Assembly: GCA_005191425.1 (NCBI GenBank)
Contig: SUPR01000037.1
Span: 1 to 30,481 of the forward strand
DNA: 30,481 nt
Direction: 5' to 3'
From: Candidatus Helarchaeota ASGARD archaeon Hel_GB_B
GTDB taxonomy: Archaea; Asgardarchaeota; Lokiarchaeia; Helarchaeales; HEL-GB-B
This document shows, in pieces, positions 8,053-15,819 of this stretch. Every line of letters begins with the position of its first letter. Positions within the stretch are counted from its first letter, which is position 1. The notes under the pieces were generated by a model. That model did no database searches. It was not told the DNA's origin and saw nothing but the letters and a program-made list of their open reading frames with translations. A program made the translations under genes and the position numbers.

Positions 8053-9699
8053 ATGGTATATGAAAGAAAAACAAAATCTATTTGTCCTGAATGTAAAAAA
8101 ACTATTGATGCAGTAATTGTTCAAGAAGGAGACAAAATTTATATGCACAAGACATGTGAAGAGCATGGTTCTTTTAGTGATATAATAGCAACTGATGTTG
8201 AAACATATGTAGAAGCTCAGAAATATAGGAAATTTGGCTTTCCCCACAAAGATCCACAAATGACAATAAAAGATGGCTGTCCACATGATTGTGGGATGTG
8301 TCCAAACCATAAGTCAGCGACTACATGTGCAATGGTAGATGTAACAAACAGGTGCAACTTAAAGTGTCCTATCTGCTATGCAAACGCGGATACCGCGGGT
8401 TACATTGTAGAACCGCCTTTTGAAGATATCATAAGAATCTATAAGCATTTTAGGAGTTTAAAACCGGTGCCTCCAGTTGTTGCAATGTATGCGGGTGGTG
8501 AGCCAACTATGAGAGATGATTTACCTGAGATCACGAGGGAGTTAGTAAAAATGGGGTTCAAGCAAATTCAAGTAGCTACAAATGGAATTAGACTTGCAAA
8601 TGATATCAATTATTTTAAGAGATTAATGGACGCAGGAGCTAATGTATTATATTTACAATTTGATGGTATAGAAAGCGATACATGGATAAAAACTAGAGGT
8701 GTAGATTTATTCGAGAAAAAGAAGCAGGTAATAGAAAATTGCCGTAAAATTGGATTTAAAGGCGTTTGTTTAGTACCTACAATAGCCAGAGGTGTGAACT
8801 TTCCCCATGAAATAGGAAATATCTTGCAATTTGCTGCCGATAATGTGGACGTAGTGTCCGGGGTGATGTTTCAGCCGGTTGCTCTTTGCGGACGAATAGA
8901 GCAAAAAGATCTTTTTGATTTACGAGTTACTACCTATGATGTGTTAAATGAGATTGACAAATATACAAATAATGTAATGAGACCTTGGCGACCATTTCCT
9001 GCGTTTCAAAATCTAATGCGATTAATAGCATGGTGGGGTAGTTTAAGTGGTAAACACATAGAGCATGTGGAATTTACACCGAATCCTCAATGTGGTTTTG
9101 TCACTTTTATGCATATTGAGGAACAAGATGGGCCAAATAAAATAGTTGGTTTTAATGACATTATTGATATTGATGAAACAATAAAATATTGCGATCAACA
9201 AATGGAAAAGATCGATAATATGAAGGAGATTTCATTTTTCCAGAATTTAACGTTAACTGAATTTGGCGAAAAAGTAGGAAAAATGTTAGACAGCAGTTTA
9301 AATTGGTTAAATAAAAGAAGAGTCCAAATAGAAGGCTTATTTGAAGCAATAAAATTATTAAAAGATCCACTCAGTACATCAGCAATAATGTTGTATAAAA
9401 TGTTGTTAAATCAAAGTTGGGACAATACGAGGGATTTTCTTGTAAAAGGGAATAATATATATGTAGGTATTATGCACTTTCAAGATGAATATGATTTAGA
9501 TGTAGAACGAGTGAGTCAATGTGTTGTTCATTTTGGATATATAGACCCGAAGGATGACAGAGTAAAGCAAGTACCATTTTGTACTATGAATAATTTACAT
9601 AGACCTAGAATAGAGCGGGCATTAGCTATAAAATATGGTGGGATGAAACAACAACCAGAAAAAGAAAAAATAGTAGCAGAACCTCCTAAAATAAACTAA
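8053..9699 (+). CDS. Radical SAM protein of the tetraether lipid synthase (Tes/GDGT-MAS, MJ0619) family, paralog 2
   Basis: CPEC..TCEEHG, GCPHDCGMCPNHKS, CNLKCPIC, AGGEPT, YLQFDG, MHFQDEYDLDVERVSQCVVHF..PFCTMNNLHR; aligns end to end with paralog 1. Confidence 0.85.
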   Translation: MVYERKTKSICPECKKTIDAVIVQEGDKIYMHKTCEEHGSFSDIIATDVETYVEAQKYRKFGFPHKDPQMTIKDGCPHDCGMCPNHKSATTCAMVDVTNRCNLKCPICYANADTAGYIVEPPFEDIIRIYKHFRSLKPVPPVVAMYAGGEPTMRDDLPEITRELVKMGFKQIQVATNGIRLANDINYFKRLMDAGANVLYLQFDGIESDTWIKTRGVDLFEKKKQVIENCRKIGFKGVCLVPTIARGVNFPHEIGNILQFAADNVDVVSGVMFQPVALCGRIEQKDLFDLRVTTYDVLNEIDKYTNNVMRPWRPFPAFQNLMRLIAWWGSLSGKHIEHVEFTPNPQCGFVTFMHIEEQDGPNKIVGFNDIIDIDETIKYCDQQMEKIDNMKEISFFQNLTLTEFGEKVGKMLDSSLNWLNKRRVQIEGLFEAIKLLKDPLSTSAIMLYKMLLNQSWDNTRDFLVKGNNIYVGIMHFQDEYDLDVERVSQCVVHFGYIDPKDDRVKQVPFCTMNNLHRPRIERALAIKYGGMKQQPEKEKIVAEPPKIN

Positions 9700-9730
9700 A
9701 TTGTGGCTAAAATTTCATAATTTAATATAT

Positions 9731-9751
9731 TTCTTTTTCCATTTTTCTTTT
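9731..9751 (+). terminator. Putative oligo-T terminator for radical SAM paralog 2
   Basis: TTCTTTTTCCATTTTTCTTTT tract about 30 nt after the stop codon. Confidence 0.4.
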
Positions 9752-10110
9752 AATCTTATAAAATTATATTAATTAATTTTTAATCTCAATTATTTTTAAA
9801 ATGGTCATTAGAATATTGCTAAATTTCGTTAATAAAATTCTATTTTAATTTTAAAAACTAATTTTGATTAAATAGGTTATTAATATTCTTAAATTGGAGT
9901 TATCTTAGTATATTTGTCTGATGTAATGTTAAATTATTGGATTGAAATAATTTTTGAAGGGGAGTGAAAAATAGGGGAAAAAGTAATATAAGTAGTATTA
10001 ATGTAATATTAATTTAAAATAGGTGGTAAATAAAAGAGAATTGAGTATAGATTTACAAATATAGTTAAACAGATGAATTTTTTATTATTTTTCAATTTAG
10101 ATATCAACGA

Positions 10111-11091
10111 TCAAGGTCTATTCTTTAGATAATATTTTCCGTCAATATTTTCAACTAGGTTTTTATCAATGAGGTCTTGAAGGTATTTTAATGCCCATAT
10201 AAAATCTGTTCTCATCAATTTATAGAACCTATAATGACCGATATGAGTCCGTTCATACATAAGTGGGACAATTTTCGAGATTTTTAGGGGTCCTTTGAGT
10301 TTAAGGGCAATAAGAATTCTTTTTTCGGCTCGTTGAATACTATCGAGAAAATTGAGATAAATAGGATATTCTTCGCACCAGGGATGAGGACGGTAGCCAT
10401 GTCCACGGAAAACGAATCGGATTGAATGGTCGAAAATTTTATGAACAGAGTTTATGATATCTGAGATAGAAGTTTGAAGATAAGGAGTAAATGGAATGGT
10501 GTCTCCTGTGAACATTATTTTGGGAGGTGCATAATAAATACAGATAGAATCGAGTGAATGTCCTGGAGTATGTATAATTTCTAGTTTTACATTTCCACAT
10601 GAAATAATTTGTCCATCATATAATGGTTTAACAGATTTTGCGGGTTTGATCCTACCTTGATAAAAATGATAACCGAGTTTTATTATGTTTTGAATAATAG
10701 GGTGTCTGATAATCTTTTTATTAAGAAATGGAATGGCGTTTTCTAGGAATTCCAAGAATTCAAATTTTTTAATATCAAAATCATTAAAATCTTTGGTCAA
10801 TGGTACAATAGCTGATGGATGAGCAAGGACTTCACAATTGAATATTTCTTGAAAAAGTCCTACATTAGCTGAATGGTCGTGGTGTGTATGCGTTAAAATT
10901 ATCCTATCAATCTTATCAATACCAAGTGTCTTGAGGATTTTAAATAAATTTCTTTTAGTGAGAGTATAATATGTCCCGGTATCTATTATTGTATTAATTT
11001 CATCTTTAATGAAATAAACATTTGCATTGAGCATGGCAGTGCCAGATGGAATAAACATTGTAAAATATTTATTTATTCTATATAACTTCAT
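10111..11091 (-). CDS. Metallo-beta-lactamase fold hydrolase with a probable C-terminal winged-helix extension
   Basis: IIDTG, THTHHDH (HxHxDH), HTPGHS, FTGD and RGHG motifs; C-terminal RILIALKLKGPLKISKIV helix-turn-helix-like segment. Confidence 0.9.
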   Translation of the reverse strand: MKLYRINKYFTMFIPSGTAMLNANVYFIKDEINTIIDTGTYYTLTKRNLFKILKTLGIDKIDRIILTHTHHDHSANVGLFQEIFNCEVLAHPSAIVPLTKDFNDFDIKKFEFLEFLENAIPFLNKKIIRHPIIQNIIKLGYHFYQGRIKPAKSVKPLYDGQIISCGNVKLEIIHTPGHSLDSICIYYAPPKIMFTGDTIPFTPYLQTSISDIINSVHKIFDHSIRFVFRGHGYRPHPWCEEYPIYLNFLDSIQRAEKRILIALKLKGPLKISKIVPLMYERTHIGHYRFYKLMRTDFIWALKYLQDLIDKNLVENIDGKYYLKNRP

Positions 11092-11118
11092 TGTAGACTA
11101 ACATTTGACCTTTTTATT

Positions 11119-11667
11119 TTATTTTTTTAAGAGTATTCCATAATAAACCATAATATTAATAAATTTTTGAATTAAAAACTTTATTTTATCATAGATCTCA
11201 TAATATACATTAATATCAGTCCCGAATGGGTCTGGGAGAATAATATTTTCGTTCACTAATTCAGCTAAAAGAAATGATTTATCACGTAAATTTTTAGGGA
11301 TTAAATGCAGGTGGCTTTTTTCCATGACAATGATAATATCCGATTCAACAAGTAAATGAAAATTTTCTTTATTTTTTAAATATGTAGGCTTAAATGTATC
11401 AATTAAAGATTTTTTAAATCCCTCTTTAATTAAAATTTCTTTAGTGAATTCGTGCAAATTAGAGTTTTTAAAAAGGACTGCGCCTGAATTAACAACAAAT
11501 TTGTCATAGTTCCTTGTTTGTTCTCGAATCATTTTCTTAAATAAAAATTCTGCCATAACTGACCGAATTATATTACCTGAACAAATGAATAGAATTGAGA
11601 TAGTTTCTTTATTTTTCAAATTTTCTAAAATGTTTGTCATTTTGATCTTATGAAATTTAATAAACAT
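11119..11667 (-). CDS. Low-molecular-weight protein tyrosine/arginine phosphatase family protein
   Basis: P-loop ILFICSGNIIRS (Cx5R), DIIIVME and LPDPFG (general-acid Asp). The true start may be the ATG at 11640. Confidence 0.85.
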   Translation of the reverse strand: MFIKFHKIKMTNILENLKNKETISILFICSGNIIRSVMAEFLFKKMIREQTRNYDKFVVNSGAVLFKNSNLHEFTKEILIKEGFKKSLIDTFKPTYLKNKENFHLLVESDIIIVMEKSHLHLIPKNLRDKSFLLAELVNENIILPDPFGTDINVYYEIYDKIKFLIQKFINIMVYYGILLKK

Positions 11668-11848
11668 TGAATTAATAATAAATTAATATTGCTTATTTAA
11701 AATATTTGGAACTCAATTATCATAATGATTAAATTATGAAAATGGGGAATTTCTCTAATAGTTAATCATACTAAATTTAGATATTCATTTTTCATTTAAC
11801 AAGCAATTAAATATTAATAAAACATCAAAAGAAATTCTTTGGTTTATC

Positions 11849-12166
11849 ATGAATAACAATTTATTGGTAAAATCAAATTCAAATTCCAATATTGTCCATG
11901 ATATTTATTCAGAAAATTATGATATCGTAAATATTCAAATAAAAATTTATAAAACATCAAATTTAATAACGAAAATGAATTTAAAAGAATTTATTGTAGA
12001 ATTTGGTAAAAATTGTTTTATTTCAGAGAATAACGAATTATCAAATATTATTATAGAAGTGCACAAAAGAGTCCTTGGAATTATAAATGCTATTTATAAA
12101 AATTATGGTAAAAATGATGATATAATATACCTCGTGCAAGAATTAGATGATTTATACAGATTTTGA
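11849..12166 (+). CDS. Hypothetical protein (105 aa, Asn/Ile-rich)
   Basis: Open frame with ATG in an otherwise non-coding gap; no recognisable motif. Confidence 0.5.
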   Translation: MNNNLLVKSNSNSNIVHDIYSENYDIVNIQIKIYKTSNLITKMNLKEFIVEFGKNCFISENNELSNIIIEVHKRVLGIINAIYKNYGKNDDIIYLVQELDDLYRF

Positions 12167-12316
12167 CTTTATTGCGGAGAAAAATTGACCAATAATTTTA
12201 TCTTTTACGAAAATTGTAATAAAAAGTTATTTTAATAAAAATCTTAAAATAAACGATAAATATTTAAATTGTTAGATTTATATTTAAATAAGAAATGGAG
12301 TGCAAGGATTAAACCG

Positions 12317-12778
12317 ATGAGAATATTTGAAGTTGGTATTATTAGGAATGAAGCAGTTGTCTTTTTAGATGAATATTATAATGGAAAAAGAAATGAACAT
12401 GAAATTCAAGATAAAGAAATATTTCGCGGTGCTCTAATAAATTTAGCAAAAAGAGAGATAGAATATACCGATGAGCTAAAATCTTTTGAAATATTCAATT
12501 ATCATGTATCAATGATAGGCAAGAAGAATGGTAATAAAAGTAAATTTATTTTTTATTTAATTTCTGATGTTAATTTAGATTTAAATATGAAGAAAAACAA
12601 GTTAAATCAAATAATTTCTGAATTTTTTAAGAGTTTTCCACCCCCCAGGTGCTATAATCCAAATACAGAGATTTTTAATAAATTTTTAGATAATACTAAT
12701 AAAATAGTAGGTGATTTAGGAATAGATGCACCTGATAGGCTTATTCATGCTTGGGGTATAAATCATCAAAAGAGATAA
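12317..12778 (+). CDS. Hypothetical protein with a longin-like fold pattern
   Basis: ATG at 12317 with AAGGA upstream (the track starts at TTG 12269). Pattern by eye: beta-beta (IFEVGII, VVFL), helix (FRGALINLAK), three strands ending FIFYLISD, and two helices (KLNQIISEFFKSF, EIFNKFLDNTNKIV). CDS is likely real; the fold call is an inference. Confidence 0.55.
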   Translation: MRIFEVGIIRNEAVVFLDEYYNGKRNEHEIQDKEIFRGALINLAKREIEYTDELKSFEIFNYHVSMIGKKNGNKSKFIFYLISDVNLDLNMKKNKLNQIISEFFKSFPPPRCYNPNTEIFNKFLDNTNKIVGDLGIDAPDRLIHAWGINHQKR

Positions 12779-12884
12779 TTGAAATAATTAAAGCGATTCA
12801 AATCAAATTTAGTGATTTATTTAATTTTATTTTTATTATTAGTGAATAAATAATAAATAAAAAAGAAAAAGAGTCAGGGCTATA

Positions 12885-13070
12885 TTATATTGCGAATTTT
12901 TTTAATTCTCTATCACAGCGGGGGCATCTTGAAAATTTTATTATCCATTTTTGTAGTTCTGATTTATGAAAAAAAGTAAAGCAATAAGGGCATTGGACCG
13001 GATTGTCTAAAATTTCTTTTCTACATATATAACAAATTTTTGGTTCTGAATTTTCAGTTATAAAGAGCAC
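12885..13070 (-). CDS. Small RING-finger-like protein (61 aa)
   Basis: CYIC..CPYCFTFFHKSELQKW..CPRC, with the conserved RING Trp before the last CxxC; GTG start. Confidence 0.75.
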   Translation of the reverse strand: MLFITENSEPKICYICRKEILDNPVQCPYCFTFFHKSELQKWIIKFSRCPRCDRELKKFAI

Positions 13071-13091
13071 CTCAAAAAATTGATTTGATTA

Positions 13092-14399
13092 TTATATATT
13101 AAGATCTTCAAGAATTGTTTGCGCGCATAATAAAGCAGATGCATGTGCAATATCGCCACCGATACCCGGGCCATTATAAGAATCGCCAGAAAAATAGAGT
13201 CCATCAATTGGGCTTTTAACTGAAATTCTTTTATTTCGATGAGTTGAAGTATAAACAGTAGAACCATCAACAACCGGCATAACAATTGGTCTTTTCCAGC
13301 TGATGTTTTCATTAAAGCCCGGGAACATTTTATTTAACATAGTATAGATGTTTTGAATGATTTTATCTGTTTCTTGTTTATTATTTATAATAGAATTTGG
13401 TAAGGGTTGTAAAATGGTGAAGAGTTGTTCATTGTTTGGAGCGACATTAGGGTCCAGGTTAGATGTAAAACAAGACATTGTAAATGGATTATAGGTAGTT
13501 ATCAGTCCATCAATATCTGAGACCTTTCGTTTAAGTCCGAAATCAATGGAAATACCGCAAGTAGGAGTTGTGTTTTTAGCCATATTAATTAAAGATTCTG
13601 GTAAAAGATTATTATCAATTAGAGACAGTGCATCATTTATAGGAATTGCTAAAATTATGTTTTCCGCTTTAATAGTATCATTATTAATCAAGACTCCTTC
13701 CACTTTATTATTATTTATTATTATCTTATCTATTTTTGATTTGGTCTGGATCTCGCCATTATCTTGAATTTTTTTAACTAATTCATCAATTATAAATTTC
13801 CAGCCGCCACTAGGATAGCTGGAACCTTTACCTGCATTAATAGCTTTTTTGATTCCATCAAGAAATTCCCCGGTAGACAATTTATCAATTTCATTATATG
13901 AAACGCAAAGTAAATCTGTTATAATTGTAATTAATTTCATAGTATTTTTAGAGAGATTTTTATCTTTTAACCAATCTTTAATACTAAGATTTAATAAATC
14001 ATCATTGAGTTTAATTGATAAAGCTCCTGCCAGGATCTGAGACAATTGTTCTTTTTCATTTTCATTCAATAATTTAGTATTTTGTATAGCGGAAATACTT
14101 AACGGAAGGTCATTCCATTCGTTATCCATAAACAGCTTACCTTCTCCATAATCAATGATTTGTAATTTTTGTTTGAATTGTTTTTTGAAAATTGTTGGAA
14201 TTACACCTTTTTTCGAGAACCTTATTGCATGAATACCATAATCAACGATATAACCTGGTTTATATTCAAATGAATTAGCTCTTCCGCCCAATATATTCTT
14301 TTTTTCAAAGATCTTAACTTTTAGTCCTTTATTTGCTAAAATTGCCCCAGATATTAGTCCTCCAAAACCACCACCAACAATCAATACATCGAAAGTCAA
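13092..14399 (-). CDS. FAD-dependent oxidoreductase, phytoene dehydrogenase-like (COG1233-type)
   Basis: N-terminal dinucleotide-binding VLIVGGGFGGL..FEK..LGGRA; YPSGG; C-terminal GLYFSGD..GPG; GGAGA Shine-Dalgarno before a TTG start. Confidence 0.85.
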   Translation of the reverse strand: MTFDVLIVGGGFGGLISGAILANKGLKVKIFEKKNILGGRANSFEYKPGYIVDYGIHAIRFSKKGVIPTIFKKQFKQKLQIIDYGEGKLFMDNEWNDLPLSISAIQNTKLLNENEKEQLSQILAGALSIKLNDDLLNLSIKDWLKDKNLSKNTMKLITIITDLLCVSYNEIDKLSTGEFLDGIKKAINAGKGSSYPSGGWKFIIDELVKKIQDNGEIQTKSKIDKIIINNNKVEGVLINNDTIKAENIILAIPINDALSLIDNNLLPESLINMAKNTTPTCGISIDFGLKRKVSDIDGLITTYNPFTMSCFTSNLDPNVAPNNEQLFTILQPLPNSIINNKQETDKIIQNIYTMLNKMFPGFNENISWKRPIVMPVVDGSTVYTSTHRNKRISVKSPIDGLYFSGDSYNGPGIGGDIAHASALLCAQTILEDLNI

Positions 14400-14434
14400 A
14401 ATTAATACATCTCCATTTTCTTTATTTTCTATAA

Positions 14435-14680
14435 TTATTCATTATATGTTAGGTCATTTAAAATCTTTTTAAGAAGGTCTATTTTTACCAGAATTTTATC
14501 AAGCCCAATTTTAAAAATTATATTTTCAAAAGAAGCGATAGCTCTTTTATCACCCCTTTTTTTAACGATTTCAAGTGCATTTCTATAAAGTTCTTGAGCT
14601 TCATGAAATTGTTGGTCTTTAATAAACCTTCGAGCTCTTATACGAAGAGTGCGTAGTTCATAATCAACAGTATCGTCCAT
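14435..14680 (-). CDS. Small helical protein with a single TPR-like hairpin (81 aa)
   Basis: ARRFIKDQQFHEAQELYRNALEIVKKRGD fits the TPR helix A/B consensus; AGGAG Shine-Dalgarno upstream. Confidence 0.7.
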   Translation of the reverse strand: MDDTVDYELRTLRIRARRFIKDQQFHEAQELYRNALEIVKKRGDKRAIASFENIIFKIGLDKILVKIDLLKKILNDLTYNE

Positions 14681-14731
14681 AATATGCTACTCCTATCATA
14701 ACTACACAAAAAATTATTGATATTATGGTTT

Positions 14732-15469
14732 TTAATTATTATTAATTTTGTGTTTTAATTCTTCAATTTTCTGTTTAAACTTTTCAACTTTATCTGATTC
14801 TTTTAATTCTTCAGAAATTTTAAGAGCGTTTTCTAAAGCCCAGATTGCATCTTGTAATTCACCGTCCTCTTCTAACTCCTTTGCAAGGACTATTGATTTT
14901 CTCCTTGCTGCAAGTTTCTGTGATATCGGCACTTCTTGGTCCACTTTTAAGCCAATTTTATCAATCAAAGTACTTTCAATTTCTTGAAAAATATCTACGA
15001 ACCGACCAGGACTATCTTTATCCCAGTTTTTTAATGTTGGACTTATGTCCTCTGGTTTTCCTGCCAAGACTCCTTTAGCTTCAGATGAAAATTGGACGAC
15101 TGGCTTTTTTGGAAACTTGTGAAAATCAATTAGAAATCGAAAATGATCGTAGGGACTCGCAGAAATATAAACCACGCCCTTAGTTGCTTTTTTTAGTTCT
15201 AAATTATAATCCACCTGAAAATTATTACGTAATTCTATTAACTGTTCAATTAATGATTCCTTAAAATTGGGCTGGTCCTTAATATTTTTTTCTTTTAAGG
15301 TTTGAATTTTGTTTCTCAAATCGGTTAACTCATCGTTTAGGTTTTTTTTCAAAGTATCAAATTCAGGTTGCGTTAGTTCTTTATTTTTTAACTTATTTTG
15401 TAGGTCAAATACCTTATTTTCAATCTCAAAATATTTCTCTTCCAAATCTTTCAATTTTTGGTCGTACAT
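14732..15469 (-). CDS. Coiled coil + UBC/UEV/RWD-like domain without Cys + TPR-like hairpin (245 aa)
   Basis: Heptad-rich N-terminus (residues 1-65); FLIDFHKFPKKPVVQF resembles the E2/RWD [YF]PxxxP motif; LKNWD resembles the E2 LxxW; C-terminal AKELEEDGELQDAIWALENALKISEEL hairpin; no cysteine in the protein. Confidence 0.6.
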   Translation of the reverse strand: MYDQKLKDLEEKYFEIENKVFDLQNKLKNKELTQPEFDTLKKNLNDELTDLRNKIQTLKEKNIKDQPNFKESLIEQLIELRNNFQVDYNLELKKATKGVVYISASPYDHFRFLIDFHKFPKKPVVQFSSEAKGVLAGKPEDISPTLKNWDKDSPGRFVDIFQEIESTLIDKIGLKVDQEVPISQKLAARRKSIVLAKELEEDGELQDAIWALENALKISEELKESDKVEKFKQKIEELKHKINNN

Positions 15470-15790
15470 ATAGTTCCCCAGTCTTTTTAAAATTTCAAAA
15501 TATATGGTTTCACTTTATATTCTAAATTGACAAAGATGTTAATAAAAATTAGTGTAAAAGTCAAATAAATAAATTCTTACTTTAAAATTAATGAATATAT
15601 TTTACGTTAAAAATTAATTACGAAACAAATTTCAAATGATTATTTAAGCTAAAAAGATAATATAATAAACAAAAGTTTTTAAAATACCAGCGAAAAATTT
15701 TCAGAATGATTACAATATCAATTTTTTTTAATCGTGACCACTTTATCAATTTTATAATTTCCGTAAATATATGCAGTCAGTCTATTTTCA

Positions 15791-15819
15791 TTTATAATTA
15801 TAGTGGTTATAATTATAAA
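15791..15819. repeat. Perfect 12-bp inverted repeat with a 5-bp spacer
   Basis: TTTATAATTATA-GTGGT-TATAATTATAAA, read directly in the 715-bp divergent intergenic region. Confidence 0.8.

Noticed and set aside
2701-9370. Short ORFs in the track at 2701-2886, 3637-3867, 4275-4493, 5263-5556, 6201-6485, 6507-6737, 7279-7599, 8008-8310 and 9161-9370
   Set aside because: All lie antisense to, or out of frame within, well-supported genes and show no motifs; these are shadow ORFs.
4956-9699. Annotation as 7,8-dihydro-6-hydroxymethylpterin dimethyltransferase (methanopterin biosynthesis)
   Set aside because: This was the older assignment for MJ0619; later structural and biochemical work reassigned the family to tetraether/macrocyclic lipid synthesis.
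11119-11667. Arsenate reductase (arsC) call
   Set aside because: It lacks the two distal redox cysteines of thioredoxin-coupled ArsC, and no ars genes are nearby.
12885-14399. The RING ORF is in the same frame as the upstream oxidoreductase, six codons after its TAA (possible read-through fusion)
   Set aside because: Same-frame arrangement has a 1 in 3 chance, the stop is TAA, the oxidoreductase ends at its normal family C-terminus, and there is no recoding signal.
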